Source: Candidatus Aminicenantes bacterium (lineage in GTDB: Bacteria; Acidobacteriota; Aminicenantia; Aminicenantales; CALLJL01). From it: a stretch of 63,167 bases of DNA. Location: contig JAOAFQ010000183.1 of assembly GCA_026416195.1 (NCBI GenBank), positions 1-63,167 on the forward strand, in the 5' to 3' direction. Below the pieces are notes generated by a model. That model searched no databases, was not told where the DNA came from, and was given only the letters and a program-made list of their open reading frames with translations. Both the position numbers and the translations under genes were made by a program. Positions 19,973-30,212 of the stretch are shown in pieces (positions within the stretch are counted from its first letter, which is position 1; every line of letters begins with the position of its first letter).

Positions 19973-22900
19973 AAGAAAAGACATTGAATCAATTTTGATT
20001 ATTGGTTCAGGACCAATCATTATCGGTCAGGCTTGCGAGTTTGATTATTCTGGGACTCAAGCTTTAAAAGCCCTAAAAGAAGAAGGTTACCGCCTTATTC
20101 TCGTCAATTCTAATCCAGCCACGATTATGACTGATCCTGAATTTGCTGACCGGACATATCTCGAACCTCTAACGGCCGAATATTTACAAAAAATTATTGA
20201 AATAGAAAGACCTCAAGCTTTGCTTGCTACTTTAGGAGGCCAAAAAGCTCTCAACTTAGCGATTGAACTTGAAGAAAGAGGAGTGCTCGAACGTTATCAA
20301 ATTGAGCTTCTGGGAGTTAAGGCCGATTCAATTCGCAAGGCAGAAAACAGAGAATTATTCCGGAAATCAATGGAAAAAATCGGACTTAAAGTGCCGGCCT
20401 CAGGCATTGCCCACAATCTTAAGGAAGCCACCGCGGTCGCTAAAAAGATTGGCTTTCCCCTAGTTATTCGACCATCATTTACCCTTGGTGGAACAGGAGG
20501 CAGCATAATTTATAACTGGGATGATTTCTATCACTTTGTTCCCCTTGCCCTAGCTATTAGTCCAATTTCTCAACTTCTACTTGAGCAATCGATAGCTGGC
20601 TGGAAAGAGTTCGAACTCGAAGTAATGAGAGATAATCAAGATAATGTCGTCATTGTCTGTCCAATTGAAAATCTTGATCCTATGGGGGTTCACACCGGTG
20701 ATTCCATTACCGTAGCCCCGGCTCAAACTCTAACCGATAAAGAATATCAAATCATGAGAGATGCGGCATTGGCCATAATGAGGGAGATAGGAGTGACTTG
20801 TGGTGGTTCCAATATACAGTTCGCCGTCAATCCTGAAAATGGGGAAATGATGGTTATTGAGATGAATCCCCGAGTTTCGCGTTCTTCAGCTTTGGCTTCC
20901 AAAGCCACAGGTTTTCCAATCGCTAAGATTGCTGCTAAACTGGCCGTTGGCTACACCCTAGATGAGCTTCTCAATGACATTACCAAAAAGACACCTGCCT
21001 GTTTTGAACCTACTATTGATTATGTTGTGGTGAAAATTCCACGATTCGCTTTTGAAAAGTTTCCTGAAGAGTCAGGTTCGTTAACAACTCAGATGAAATC
21101 GGTCGGTGAAGCTATGGCTATTGGTCGGACTTTCAAAGAAGCCCTACTTAAAGCGATTCGCTCATTAGAAATCAATCGTTTTGGCTTTGAAAGATTTTTT
21201 GGTTCTTTAAGCGATGAAGCTTTGGAAAATAAACTCCGTCAACCCCACGCCGATCGATTGTGGGCTGTGGCTGAAGCTATGCGCCGGGGGATTAGCTTAG
21301 AGAAAATTGCTAACCTAACCAAAATAGACCCCTTTTTTCTCGTAAATATCCAAGAAATTGTTGAGATGGAAGAAATCATTGAAAAGGCTGGTTTTCAGTC
21401 CCTCGACCCTTGCCTCCTTTCTCAAGCAAAAAAAATGGGCTTCGCTGATCGACGGTTGGCCAATCTCTTAGGCATAAAAGAGGAAGCTGTTCGGGCTCTT
21501 CGCTGGAAAGAAGGTCTGAGACCGGTGTGGAAGGTTGTTGATACCTGCGCGGGCGAATTTGCTTCCGAGACTCCTTATTTTTATTCGACTTATGAAAAAG
21601 AGGATGAGGCTCCTGAAATTAAAGCAACCAAGGCTATTATCTTGGGTTCAGGTCCGAATCGAATTGGCCAAGGAATCGAATTTGATTATTGCTGTGTTCT
21701 TAGTGTGTTAGCTTTAAAAGAGATGGGTTTAAAAGCTATTATGATCAACTCTAACCCAGAAACAGTTTCTACTGATTACGATATTTCTGATCGACTCTAT
21801 TTTGACCCAGTAACGACTGAGGATGTCCTTGAAATTGCCCTTAAGGAAAAGCCATTGGGAGTTATTGTCCAATTTGGCGGTCAAACCCCTTTAAAAATCG
21901 CTAACGACCTGAAAAATTATGGAGTTCCCATCTTAGGCACCTCGCCTGAAGTTATTGATATTAGCGAAAATCGAGAAAAATTTGATATTTTTCTCCAGAA
22001 ACTCGGCTTAATTAGACCGCGAAATGGGACAGCTCGAACCATCAAGGAAGCCCTCAAGGTGGCGGCCAAGATCGGCTATCCAGTGCTCATTCGTCCTTCA
22101 TATGTCCTTGGCGGCAGAGCGATGAAAGTCATCCATTCAGAAGAAGATTTAGAAAAATATCTTCAGTCGATTGCTGAATATATGGAAGAACACCCTTTAT
22201 TGATCGACGAATTTCTTGAAAATGCTGTGGAGGTAGATGTTGATCTTCTGGCTGATGGAAAGGAGGTCTTTATCGGCGGTATCTTAGAGCATATTCAGGA
22301 AGCCGGGATTCACTCGGGCGATGCCACCATGGTTTTGCCTCCTTATTTTTTAGCTGATCGAATTGTTGATGAAATCAAGCGGCAGTCAATTCTTATGGCT
22401 CAAGAACTTGGGGTCATTGGCCTGATGAATATTCAAATGGCCGTAAAGGGAAGCCGAATTTACATTCTCGAAGTCAATCCGAGAGCCTCACGAACCGTCC
22501 CTTTTGTCTCTAAAGTCATCGGTCTTCCGTTAGCTAAAATAGCTACCCATCTCCTCATGGGTAAAAAATTAAGCGAAATGGCTCTCAGACTTGTTAACCA
22601 TGATTTAATTGCAGTTAAAGAGGCTGTCTTCTCTTTCGATAAATTTCATGAAGTTGACCCTGTTTTAGGGCCGGAGATGCGATCCACTGGAGAGTCGATC
22701 GGCCTCGACCGCTATTTCCCCCTGGCCTTTCTTAAAGCTCTGGAAGGCGCTGGCTTTAAACTTCCCTCAAGAGGCCGAATTTTTGTTAGCGTGCCCGATG
22801 AAGATAAGCCTAAAATTTTGCCTCTAGTAGAAAAGCTAGCCAATCTTGGCTTTCGTTTTCTGGCCACTGAAGGAACGGCTCAGTATTTGAATCGTCATGG

Positions 22901-23174
22901 CTTCAAGGCTGAAATTGTCGGCAAAATTTCTTCATCTCGACATAACATTTTAAAAGATATTAAAGAAGGCCGGGTGAACATGATTTTTAACACCCCTAAC
23001 GGCAAGCAGGAAATGGACGATGCTCGGGTAATTCGCCATGTAGCCTTTAGTTATCGGCTTCCTTGTTTCACCACCATTCCTTCGGCCAGTGCTGCCTGTG
23101 CGGCTATTGAATTACAAAGAAAAAAATCGCCTGAAGTCTATTGTCTGCAAAGCCTTTACCAGAAATCGAGCTAA
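19965..23174 (+). CDS. carB: Carbamoyl-phosphate synthase large subunit
   Basis: MPKRKDI...[17 protein letters not shown], duplicated ATP-grasp halves, C-terminal MGS domain; 1069 aa. Confidence 0.98.
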   Translation: MPKRKDIESILIIGSGPIIIGQACEFDYSGTQALKALKEEGYRLILVNSNPATIMTDPEFADRTYLEPLTAEYLQKIIEIERPQALLATLGGQKALNLAIELEERGVLERYQIELLGVKADSIRKAENRELFRKSMEKIGLKVPASGIAHNLKEATAVAKKIGFPLVIRPSFTLGGTGGSIIYNWDDFYHFVPLALAISPISQLLLEQSIAGWKEFELEVMRDNQDNVVIVCPIENLDPMGVHTGDSITVAPAQTLTDKEYQIMRDAALAIMREIGVTCGGSNIQFAVNPENGEMMVIEMNPRVSRSSALASKATGFPIAKIAAKLAVGYTLDELLNDITKKTPACFEPTIDYVVVKIPRFAFEKFPEESGSLTTQMKSVGEAMAIGRTFKEALLKAIRSLEINRFGFERFFGSLSDEALENKLRQPHADRLWAVAEAMRRGISLEKIANLTKIDPFFLVNIQEIVEMEEIIEKAGFQSLDPCLLSQAKKMGFADRRLANLLGIKEEAVRALRWKEGLRPVWKVVDTCAGEFASETPYFYSTYEKEDEAPEIKATKAIILGSGPNRIGQGIEFDYCCVLSVLALKEMGLKAIMINSNPETVSTDYDISDRLYFDPVTTEDVLEIALKEKPLGVIVQFGGQTPLKIANDLKNYGVPILGTSPEVIDISENREKFDIFLQKLGLIRPRNGTARTIKEALKVAAKIGYPVLIRPSYVLGGRAMKVIHSEEDLEKYLQSIAEYMEEHPLLIDEFLENAVEVDVDLLADGKEVFIGGILEHIQEAGIHSGDATMVLPPYFLADRIVDEIKRQSILMAQELGVIGLMNIQMAVKGSRIYILEVNPRASRTVPFVSKVIGLPLAKIATHLLMGKKLSEMALRLVNHDLIAVKEAVFSFDKFHEVDPVLGPEMRSTGESIGLDRYFPLAFLKALEGAGFKLPSRGRIFVSVPDEDKPKILPLVEKLANLGFRFLATEGTAQYLNRHGFKAEIVGKISSSRHNILKDIKEGRVNMIFNTPNGKQEMDDARVIRHVAFSYRLPCFTTIPSASAACAAIELQRKKSPEVYCLQSLYQKSS

Positions 23175-23230
23175 ATTAGACGACCTTAAACTCTTTAAGT
23201 AAACGAAAAGGTCTCCATTAGATTAACCCC

Positions 23231-23260
23231 TTGAAGTTAGTCCATATTTTAAGTTAAGAT
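23231..23260 (+). promoter_or_regulatory. Putative sigma70 promoter of the glycosylation operon
   Basis: TTGAAG-N18-TAAGAT, 23 nt upstream of the GT2 start. Confidence 0.4.
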
Positions 23261-23283
23261 TAATCGCTATTAAGTTTCTCAGA

Positions 23284-23976
23284 ATGAAAAAAATAGCCAT
23301 TATTCCTGCTTTTAATGAAGAAAGAAATATCGAAGGAGTCATTCTATCTCTACGTCAATACCAGCCTGACTTTGACATTGTCGTTATCAATGATGGCTCC
23401 ACAGATGAAACTTCAACTATTGCCAGAAAAACAGGCCAAGCTGTCATCATTGATTTGCCGGCTAATGTGGGTATTGGTGGGGCGGTTCAAACTGGCTTCC
23501 TTTATAGCCTTAGAAAAAATTACGATCTAGCTATCCAAATTGATGGTGATGGCCAGCATGAAGCATCTGAAATTCAAAAAATTATTGAACCTATTTTAAC
23601 TAATCAGGCTGATATGGTCATTGGTTCGCGGTTTTTGCTCCCTTCTAAATACCGGAGTACTTGGCTGCGGCGATTAGGAATAAAAATTTTCTCTCTGCTT
23701 AACCTGATTTTTCTTGGGGAAAAGTTTACCGATAGCACCTCGGGTTTTCGAGCCTTTAACCGCCGAGCTATAGAAATTTTAAGTCGTGAATATCCTGATG
23801 ATTTCCCAGAACCAGAAGCCATTTTTCTTTTGAAAAAAAAAGGGCTTCGAATTGTTGAAGTTCCGGTCTCGATGAAGATTAGACAATCTGGAAAATCATC
23901 ACTCACCTTTTTCAGATCCATTTATTACATGATTAAAGTCCTCCTCGCTATTTCTGTCTCAATGCTCAGAAAATAA
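23284..23976 (+). CDS. GT2 polyprenyl-phosphate glycosyltransferase (DPM synthase/GacI/PpgS-like)
   Basis: IPAFNEE, NDGSTD, DGDGQH, GSRF, DSTSGFRA, R..GKSS. Confidence 0.9.
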   Translation: MKKIAIIPAFNEERNIEGVILSLRQYQPDFDIVVINDGSTDETSTIARKTGQAVIIDLPANVGIGGAVQTGFLYSLRKNYDLAIQIDGDGQHEASEIQKIIEPILTNQADMVIGSRFLLPSKYRSTWLRRLGIKIFSLLNLIFLGEKFTDSTSGFRAFNRRAIEILSREYPDDFPEPEAIFLLKKKGLRIVEVPVSMKIRQSGKSSLTFFRSIYYMIKVLLAISVSMLRK

Positions 23977-23991
23977 ATAAGGAGAATAATA

Positions 23992-24360
23992 ATGAATGAA
24001 ATTGATATAATTAGAATTCAAATTCTAGCCATTTTGGGCAGCCTAGGCTTAATAATTTTTATAATTAATCTCATTAGAAAAAAAAGATTAAGGGAAGAAT
24101 TTTCAATTCTTTGGCTATTGACTGCAGTTATTTTCCTTTTCATTTCCATTTTTCGTCGGTTATTAGACAAGTTTTCTTATCTCATTGGAATCGAATATCC
24201 ACCAGCTGCTCTCTTCCTTATTTTAATTCTTGGTCTGACTCTGGTTAGTATTCATTTTTCGGTGGCTATCTCCGAGCTTAAAGAAACAAATAAAAGATTG
24301 CTTCAGGAAATCGGTCTAATTAAGGCCGAACTAGAAGAAAAATGGCGGAGGGAAAAGTGA
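23992..24360 (+). CDS. DUF2304 membrane protein (GacJ/Rv3632-like partner of the GT2)
   Basis: 122 aa, three TM helices, RKKRL....ILW, IGI..PP, C-terminal coiled coil (S.L.E..KRL.QEI.L); directly after the GT2. Confidence 0.85.
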   Translation: MNEIDIIRIQILAILGSLGLIIFIINLIRKKRLREEFSILWLLTAVIFLFISIFRRLLDKFSYLIGIEYPPAALFLILILGLTLVSIHFSVAISELKETNKRLLQEIGLIKAELEEKWRREK

Positions 24361-24710
24361 AAGCGGCACCTCTTTTTTCTTTGGCCATTCTCCTTTGGTC
24401 GGCATCTCAGATTTTAATAAAAATTGGTTTAATTAAACTTGCTAACACACCATTTGGGTACAGATTCTTTGTTCAAGCTTTTACCTCTGTCTATGTTCTG
24501 CTTGGACTCTTTCTATCCGGCCTAGGTGTTTTTTGTTGGTTAATGATTCTTTCCCGTTATGACTTGGCCTTCTCCAATCTCCTCGTTTGCCTAACTTACG
24601 TGTTGATCATGATTTTCTCATTTTTCTTTCTCCATGAGCCCTTTTCCCTACCTAAAATTATCGGCGCTGGTTTAATTATTGCCGGTGTTTTTTTTGTTCT
24701 TAAGGGTTGA
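24342..24710 (+). CDS. Small EamA/SMR-fold membrane protein (ArnE/ArnF-like lipid-P-sugar flippase subunit)
   Basis: 122 aa, four TM helices, QILIK.G, W...LSR.DL, FF.HE......IIG..LII.GV. Confidence 0.75.
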   Translation: MAEGKVKAAPLFSLAILLWSASQILIKIGLIKLANTPFGYRFFVQAFTSVYVLLGLFLSGLGVFCWLMILSRYDLAFSNLLVCLTYVLIMIFSFFFLHEPFSLPKIIGAGLIIAGVFFVLKG

Positions 24711-24717
24711 AAATTTT

Positions 24718-25794
24718 ATGGGCTGGATTTTTTATGATGAGCCTCTATCGACTCAATGGGATGAATTAGTTAAGAGGACTCCTCAAGCTCGATTTGTTCA
24801 TCTTATCGGTTTTAAAAAAGTCGTCGAGAAAGTTTATCATTTAAAACCATGCTATTTATCTTATATTGACAAAGGGGAGATTTTTGGCCTCTTTCCCTCT
24901 TTCTTCCATCAAAGTTTTTTTTTCGGGAAGAAAATAATTTCTCAGCCCTTTTGCGAATATGGAGGAGTGCTCTTTCATCCCGAAGTTTCGCTTGAGAAGA
25001 AGTTGGTGATGATCCAGGAGTTTTGCCTAACGATCAAAAAAATCCTTAATTTAAAAAGTATTTCAGCTTTAGAAATGCGACATCCCTTGGATATTCTGGA
25101 GAATAAGGTCGAGATTTTTAAAAGCCAGAAGCTATTCTTTCGCAGTTGGCTCAAAATAGAAGCACCGGAGGTTTTTTGGAAGAAACTTGATCCTAAGGAA
25201 AGAAATATTATCCGCAAAGCTCAAGCTTATGATTTAAAAGTCGAAATCATTAGCGACGACGAAAATCTTAAGGAAAAATTTTATCCCCTCTATCTTCGAA
25301 CCATGAAAAGGTTGGGGAGTCCAGCTCACCCCTTCATCTATTTTCTTTCACTTTTTCAATGCCTAAAAGATTATATCAGAATTTTTATCATCAGCTTTAA
25401 AGGACGGCCTGTAGCCGGACTAATCGCCTGGACGGTTGGTCAAACAAGTCATGTGACTGACCTAGTTTCAGATGAAAGGTTCTTCTGGGTTAAACCTAAT
25501 GATTTGGCTATTTGGGAATTTTTGAATTGGGCTTATTACCAAGGGGTAAAGATTTTTGATTTTGGCCCAATTAGATACCGAGGGCAAGAAATTTTTAAAA
25601 AGAAGTGGCTGATGACCATAGAAGATTATTATTATGTTTATTTATTTAAAGAAGCAAAGAAGATGGCCAAAGCCAAAAATATTTTTTCCGATTCACTGGT
25701 TATTTCTTTGGGTTCTTTTCTTTGGAAAACTTTTATGCCCTTGACTTTGAATGCTTGGGTTGGCCAATATATGCGTCGGCAAATAGCTTTATAA
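24718..25794 (+). CDS. FemAB-like GNAT protein (aminoacyl/acyl transferase)
   Basis: ISQPFCEYGG, RNIIRKA, FYPLY.RTMKRLGSP, PNDL..WE, FDFG, FKKKW. ATG at 24718 preferred over the overlapping TTG at 24679. Confidence 0.8.
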   Translation: MGWIFYDEPLSTQWDELVKRTPQARFVHLIGFKKVVEKVYHLKPCYLSYIDKGEIFGLFPSFFHQSFFFGKKIISQPFCEYGGVLFHPEVSLEKKLVMIQEFCLTIKKILNLKSISALEMRHPLDILENKVEIFKSQKLFFRSWLKIEAPEVFWKKLDPKERNIIRKAQAYDLKVEIISDDENLKEKFYPLYLRTMKRLGSPAHPFIYFLSLFQCLKDYIRIFIISFKGRPVAGLIAWTVGQTSHVTDLVSDERFFWVKPNDLAIWEFLNWAYYQGVKIFDFGPIRYRGQEIFKKKWLMTIEDYYYVYLFKEAKKMAKAKNIFSDSLVISLGSFLWKTFMPLTLNAWVGQYMRRQIAL

Positions 25795-26613
25795 ATGGAG
25801 GAAAAACTTCTTCATCGGCTTCGCTGTCCAAGCTGTTATCATCCTCTTTATTATGATGGCCAGATTTTATCCTGTTCAGCCTGCCAACAATCTTATCTTT
25901 TTTATAAGAATATTCCCCTTCTTTCAAAGCAGGCCAGGATTGATCGAGATTGGGAAAGATTTTTTAATGGGCAAGTCAAACAAAAGGGTGATACCATTGC
26001 AGCTAATAGCTACCTTAACGAGCATCACTTCTATCTTCTCCAACAGGCAGTACTTGAGATGGTTGGCCCGGTTAAAAACATGAATATTATCGATATTGGC
26101 TGTGGAACTGGCCATTTCTCAGCTTCTCTAGCGAAAGAGAACTTGTTAGTTGGTCTTGATCTTTCTCTCCAAATGTTAATGGCGGCTGAAGCCAAAGGTT
26201 TTTATCCGATTCAAGCTTCGGCTTTGGAACTCCCCCTGGCTGAAAATTCTTTTGATTTAGTTTTAGCTAATAGCATTATTCAATGTATCCACGAAATCGA
26301 AAATTTCTTGGCTGGTTTGGTCCGTCTTTGCCTTCCTGGTGGCCGAATCATCATTAGCGCTTTCAATTGTCAGAACTTTTTCTTTAAAACTTTTCGTCAG
26401 CTTAAAAGAAATCAAAGCCCTCGTTTATTTCTTTATCCTTTAGGAAAAATCGTCCCAACCTTGGCCAAATTTGGGGCAAGACCCTCCAGAATTACTTTGC
26501 TTTTTTATCCCTTTAAATTAAGAAAAAAAATCCTAGATTTTAAATTTTTCGAAAAAGCTTTCCTTTTAGTGGCTTCATCTTTTGTTCTGGAAGCAAGAAA
26601 ATCAAATGCCTAG
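25795..26613 (+). CDS. Class I SAM-dependent methyltransferase with N-terminal Trm112-like zinc finger
   Basis: LRCPSC...CSAC...IP; IDIGCGTG; GLDLS; FDLV; PGG. Confidence 0.85.
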   Translation: MEEKLLHRLRCPSCYHPLYYDGQILSCSACQQSYLFYKNIPLLSKQARIDRDWERFFNGQVKQKGDTIAANSYLNEHHFYLLQQAVLEMVGPVKNMNIIDIGCGTGHFSASLAKENLLVGLDLSLQMLMAAEAKGFYPIQASALELPLAENSFDLVLANSIIQCIHEIENFLAGLVRLCLPGGRIIISAFNCQNFFFKTFRQLKRNQSPRLFLYPLGKIVPTLAKFGARPSRITLLFYPFKLRKKILDFKFFEKAFLLVASSFVLEARKSNA

Positions 26614-26628
26614 GTCATAAAAGCCTTG

Positions 26629-27465
26629 ATGAATAAAGTCGAGGGTCTAAATATTCTGACCTTTGATGTTGAGGAATGGTATCAGGCTAATTATCCTAGG
26701 ATAAAAGTGGAGCAAGATAATTTGGAAGATGAATTTCTTGAGAAAAATGTTCAAAAAATCCTGGATCTTTGTCGTCTCTTTCAAGTTAAAGCAACCTTTT
26801 TTATTTTGGGCCTCACGGCTGAAAAATATCCTAACCTCGTCCCTTTAATCAAAAATTCTGGTCATGAAATTGCCTGTCACGGTTATCGCCATTGTCTTAT
26901 TTATAAGCTCACTCCCCTTGAGTTTGAAAACGAATTGAAGAAAGCTTTAACCATCCTTGAGAGACAAACTGGGGAGAAAATAATCGGCTTTCGCGCCCCT
27001 TCCTGGTCCGTGACCAAGGAGATGACCTGGTTTTTTCGGCTTTTAAAAAATTATAATTTCCTCTATGACTCCAGCCTTTTTCCTTTCAAAACATTTCTCT
27101 ATGGTGAAAAAAACCTGGAAGCTAAACCCTTTTGGATGGAGGGGCTACTCGAACTTCCGCCATCGACTCTAACTTTTTTTCGCTTTAAAATTCCTTTTTC
27201 CGGAGGATTCTATTTCCGGGTAATGCCTTATTGGCTGATTAAAAAGGGGATAAAAAAACTCAATTCTCAAGGTATTCCAGCTATCGTCTATCTCCATCCG
27301 AGGGAAATCGATCCACAATCTCCTCGTCTGCCCTTTCCTTTAAAGGAAAGAATAATTCACTATGCCGGCTTAAAAGAAACCTTAACTAAACTCAAGAAAC
27401 TCCTTAAAAATTTCCGCTTTACCTCGATTAAGGAATATTTCCAGCTTCGTAGCTTTGACAAATAA
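26629..27465 (+). CDS. CE4 polysaccharide deacetylase with DUF3473-like C-terminus
   Basis: TFDVEEW, ATFF, HEIACHGYRH, GFRAPSW, YDSS, GGFYFR, YLHPREID. Confidence 0.9.
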   Translation: MNKVEGLNILTFDVEEWYQANYPRIKVEQDNLEDEFLEKNVQKILDLCRLFQVKATFFILGLTAEKYPNLVPLIKNSGHEIACHGYRHCLIYKLTPLEFENELKKALTILERQTGEKIIGFRAPSWSVTKEMTWFFRLLKNYNFLYDSSLFPFKTFLYGEKNLEAKPFWMEGLLELPPSTLTFFRFKIPFSGGFYFRVMPYWLIKKGIKKLNSQGIPAIVYLHPREIDPQSPRLPFPLKERIIHYAGLKETLTKLKKLLKNFRFTSIKEYFQLRSFDK

Positions 27466-27491
27466 AGTGGCTTCCACTAAAATCTCGGCGA

Positions 27492-30212
27492 ATGAAAGCC
27501 TGGCTTTATTGGCAAAAAAAAGGTCCATTTCTTCTCTTACTTATAATTTTAGGGGGAGGTTTTCTTCGTTTCTGGGGTTTGACCTCAATCTACCAACGGG
27601 TAGACGATGTCCCTGTTGCCCGGTCGATTTTAAACATTTATCATGGAGATTGGCGACCTGATCCAATTTATTTTTATCCTATTTTTTTTAATTATCTTGT
27701 TGCCATTATTCTTCATGGCCTTTCTTTTTTTCTTAATATTCTTCGGATTAACCCTGAACCTAGACTTTATCCTTTTACCCTAGAGCAAGTTCTCACCATA
27801 GCTCGGTTCATCTCGGCCCTCCTCGGAACATTGACAATTTTGGTCAGCTATTATGTTGGCCGGCGATTCTTAACTAGAGGGCAATCACTTTTAGTTTCTC
27901 TCCTTTTTTCTTTTTCTTTTATTCATATCCTTTATAGTCATCAAATTGTTCTTGATGGACCAATGACTTTTTTTTATTTTCTCTCTTTTTATTTTTCTTT
28001 GCTTATTCTCCAGCAAGGAAACCTCGGCTATTATCTTTTAGCCGGCTTTTTTTCTGGTCTGGCCATCGCCACAAAATACAATGGAGTCTATATTATTTTT
28101 TCCCTTCTCTTGGCCCATATCCTCTTTCATTTAAAAAACAAATTTAAACCGACTTCATTTATTTTCTCGCCTAAAATATTTTTAGCTGCCTTAACCACTG
28201 GCGTGGGTTTTTTTCTTGGCCATCCCTATGCCTTTTTTCAGTTTCACAATTTTATTAAAGCTTCCCAAGTGTTGATGGCAACTGTTAGAGAAACCGAATG
28301 GCACCTTCAGCCGATCGTTCCTGAGACAATTTGGGAACAAATAAAATTTAATAAATATATTATCGGTCTAGTTAATATTTATAAAGCTGAAGGAATTCTT
28401 TTCTTTTGTCTAATCTTTCTTGGCCTTTTCTGGCTAATTCTGAAGGGTAAAAAGGAACATCTATTTTTAGCCCTTTCAGCTCTCGTTTATTTTTTAGGAG
28501 CTCTCGGTTTTCTTGGTTTTTATCGCTATCGAGATCTTGTCCCTTTATCGCCTTTCTATTCTTTTTTAGCTCTTTTTAGCTTCAATTTAATCCCTGATTT
28601 GATTCGCCGAAGAAAAGCTCTTCGAATTTTCATAGTTACGACCATAATGCTCATTCTAGGCTATCGAACGTTGGCGAAAACTTATTATCTTTGGCAGGAT
28701 GATACTACTCAAATTGCTTCTCGATGGATGAAAATCAACTTGCCTGAAAGAAGTTGGATCGCTAAAGAATGGTTTACTCCTACGAGTCCAGATCCTGATC
28801 TAAGATTCCGTTTTTCCTCCCGTCCTTATCTATTTGACGTCGACCTTCACCCTTTTAAAAAATATGATTACGTTATTTCTTCAAGTGCTTGTTCCTCCCT
28901 TTTTCTGGCCAATCAAAAATTTTATCCAGAGTGGAGCCGAACCTATGTTGACCTTGATCAACAACATGAATTGATCAAAAAATTCTTTATGCCCTCAATT
29001 GAATATAAAAATCCAGAAATAAAAATTTATAGCGGACGAGTAGAAAAAAGAGGGAAATTGTCTTTCTGGCTTCCCCGAGCTATCCCCCTAACCAATCCTC
29101 AAAGGGAATTTCAGATGATTGATAATTCTCCCTACGAAAAAGATATAAATACCTTTTTCCTTCATGGCCAGGAAAAAATTAGAAGATTCTATCTAACTGA
29201 AACTTCTCTGGATCAAATTGGTCTTTTTATTCTGCCTATTGAAGGTGAAGGAGAAATCAAGGTTTCCTCTGGGCTTAGCTCAAAGAAAATAAAATTAAGA
29301 AAGGATGAAATAACTTGGGCTTTAATTAAACCTTATCGATCTTTTCCTTTTCTTAATCCCGTTTATCGGCTTGACCTCTGTGGCTCAACTGGAGTGAAAA
29401 AGGTCCTGGTTAATTTAGCCTGGGATAACTTTACTTTGGGCCTTAATTTTTTAAAAATAGGTGAATATGAACAAGCTAAGACCTTTTTCAAAAAGATTTT
29501 AGAAAACGAATCACCCCGAATTAAAAATGTTGAGGTCTATCTTTTTCTCATCCTCTGTTGCTTGAATTTAGCCCAGAAAGAGGAAGCAAACAACTATATA
29601 ATGAATGTAATTAATACTCCCGAGTTTAAGCGTTACCAAAGTCTTTATGACCATCTCGACGAGGACAATCTTTGGCCTCGGAATTTCGAAAAATATTCAG
29701 GAATTGATAAAGAGCTTTGGCAAGCCAGTCAGGGAAACCTTATTGAAGATAAATTATTTGAAATCCAAATTGGCCATCTCTATGAGGGGGATTGGTTGCT
29801 TAATCGGAAAGGGATTGGCCCAAGGCTTGGAGAAAGAAACTTTAGAATTTCTTCTTCTGAGCTTGAGCTTCTTCCCCAGGATTATCATTTGGAGGTTTAT
29901 TTTTACAACCCTAAAAGGGTTGAGGGCTTAATCGGAACCCTTTTTATTGAATTCAAAGGAAAAGAAAAAAGGATCCAAGAACAGTCTCTTATCCTTAAAT
30001 CGACTGATGAAAAGGCTTTCTCCGTAGTTTCACTCTTTTTCTCCCATAGAAATCCAGAAGAAAAAGTTTCTTTCTCTTTACATATTAATAGTCCAGAACC
30101 TCTCATCTTTGATTATCTTAAATATTATCCTGATTTAAAAATGTTTCTCAAAACTAAACTCAACCTCCTTTCCCCAGCTTTTAACTTAGCTAATCAAATC
30201 AAAAAAGAATGA
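27492..30212 (+). CDS. GT-C fold glycosyltransferase (ArnT/PMT, GT39/GT83-like) with a large periplasmic C-terminal region
   Basis: LRFWGL...DD acidic loop, YP, AR..SA..G, GLA.ATKY, many TM helices, soluble C-terminal half with a TPR-like segment. Confidence 0.85.
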   Translation: MKAWLYWQKKGPFLLLLIILGGGFLRFWGLTSIYQRVDDVPVARSILNIYHGDWRPDPIYFYPIFFNYLVAIILHGLSFFLNILRINPEPRLYPFTLEQVLTIARFISALLGTLTILVSYYVGRRFLTRGQSLLVSLLFSFSFIHILYSHQIVLDGPMTFFYFLSFYFSLLILQQGNLGYYLLAGFFSGLAIATKYNGVYIIFSLLLAHILFHLKNKFKPTSFIFSPKIFLAALTTGVGFFLGHPYAFFQFHNFIKASQVLMATVRETEWHLQPIVPETIWEQIKFNKYIIGLVNIYKAEGILFFCLIFLGLFWLILKGKKEHLFLALSALVYFLGALGFLGFYRYRDLVPLSPFYSFLALFSFNLIPDLIRRRKALRIFIVTTIMLILGYRTLAKTYYLWQDDTTQIASRWMKINLPERSWIAKEWFTPTSPDPDLRFRFSSRPYLFDVDLHPFKKYDYVISSSACSSLFLANQKFYPEWSRTYVDLDQQHELIKKFFMPSIEYKNPEIKIYSGRVEKRGKLSFWLPRAIPLTNPQREFQMIDNSPYEKDINTFFLHGQEKIRRFYLTETSLDQIGLFILPIEGEGEIKVSSGLSSKKIKLRKDEITWALIKPYRSFPFLNPVYRLDLCGSTGVKKVLVNLAWDNFTLGLNFLKIGEYEQAKTFFKKILENESPRIKNVEVYLFLILCCLNLAQKEEANNYIMNVINTPEFKRYQSLYDHLDEDNLWPRNFEKYSGIDKELWQASQGNLIEDKLFEIQIGHLYEGDWLLNRKGIGPRLGERNFRISSSELELLPQDYHLEVYFYNPKRVEGLIGTLFIEFKGKEKRIQEQSLILKSTDEKAFSVVSLFFSHRNPEEKVSFSLHINSPEPLIFDYLKYYPDLKMFLKTKLNLLSPAFNLANQIKKE

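Noticed and set aside
23833-27975. A8-A9 and T8-T9 homopolymers in the glycosylation operon as possible phase-variation tracts
   Set aside because: Similar runs occur across this AT-rich window, including in carA; all frames are intact and there are no long G/C tracts
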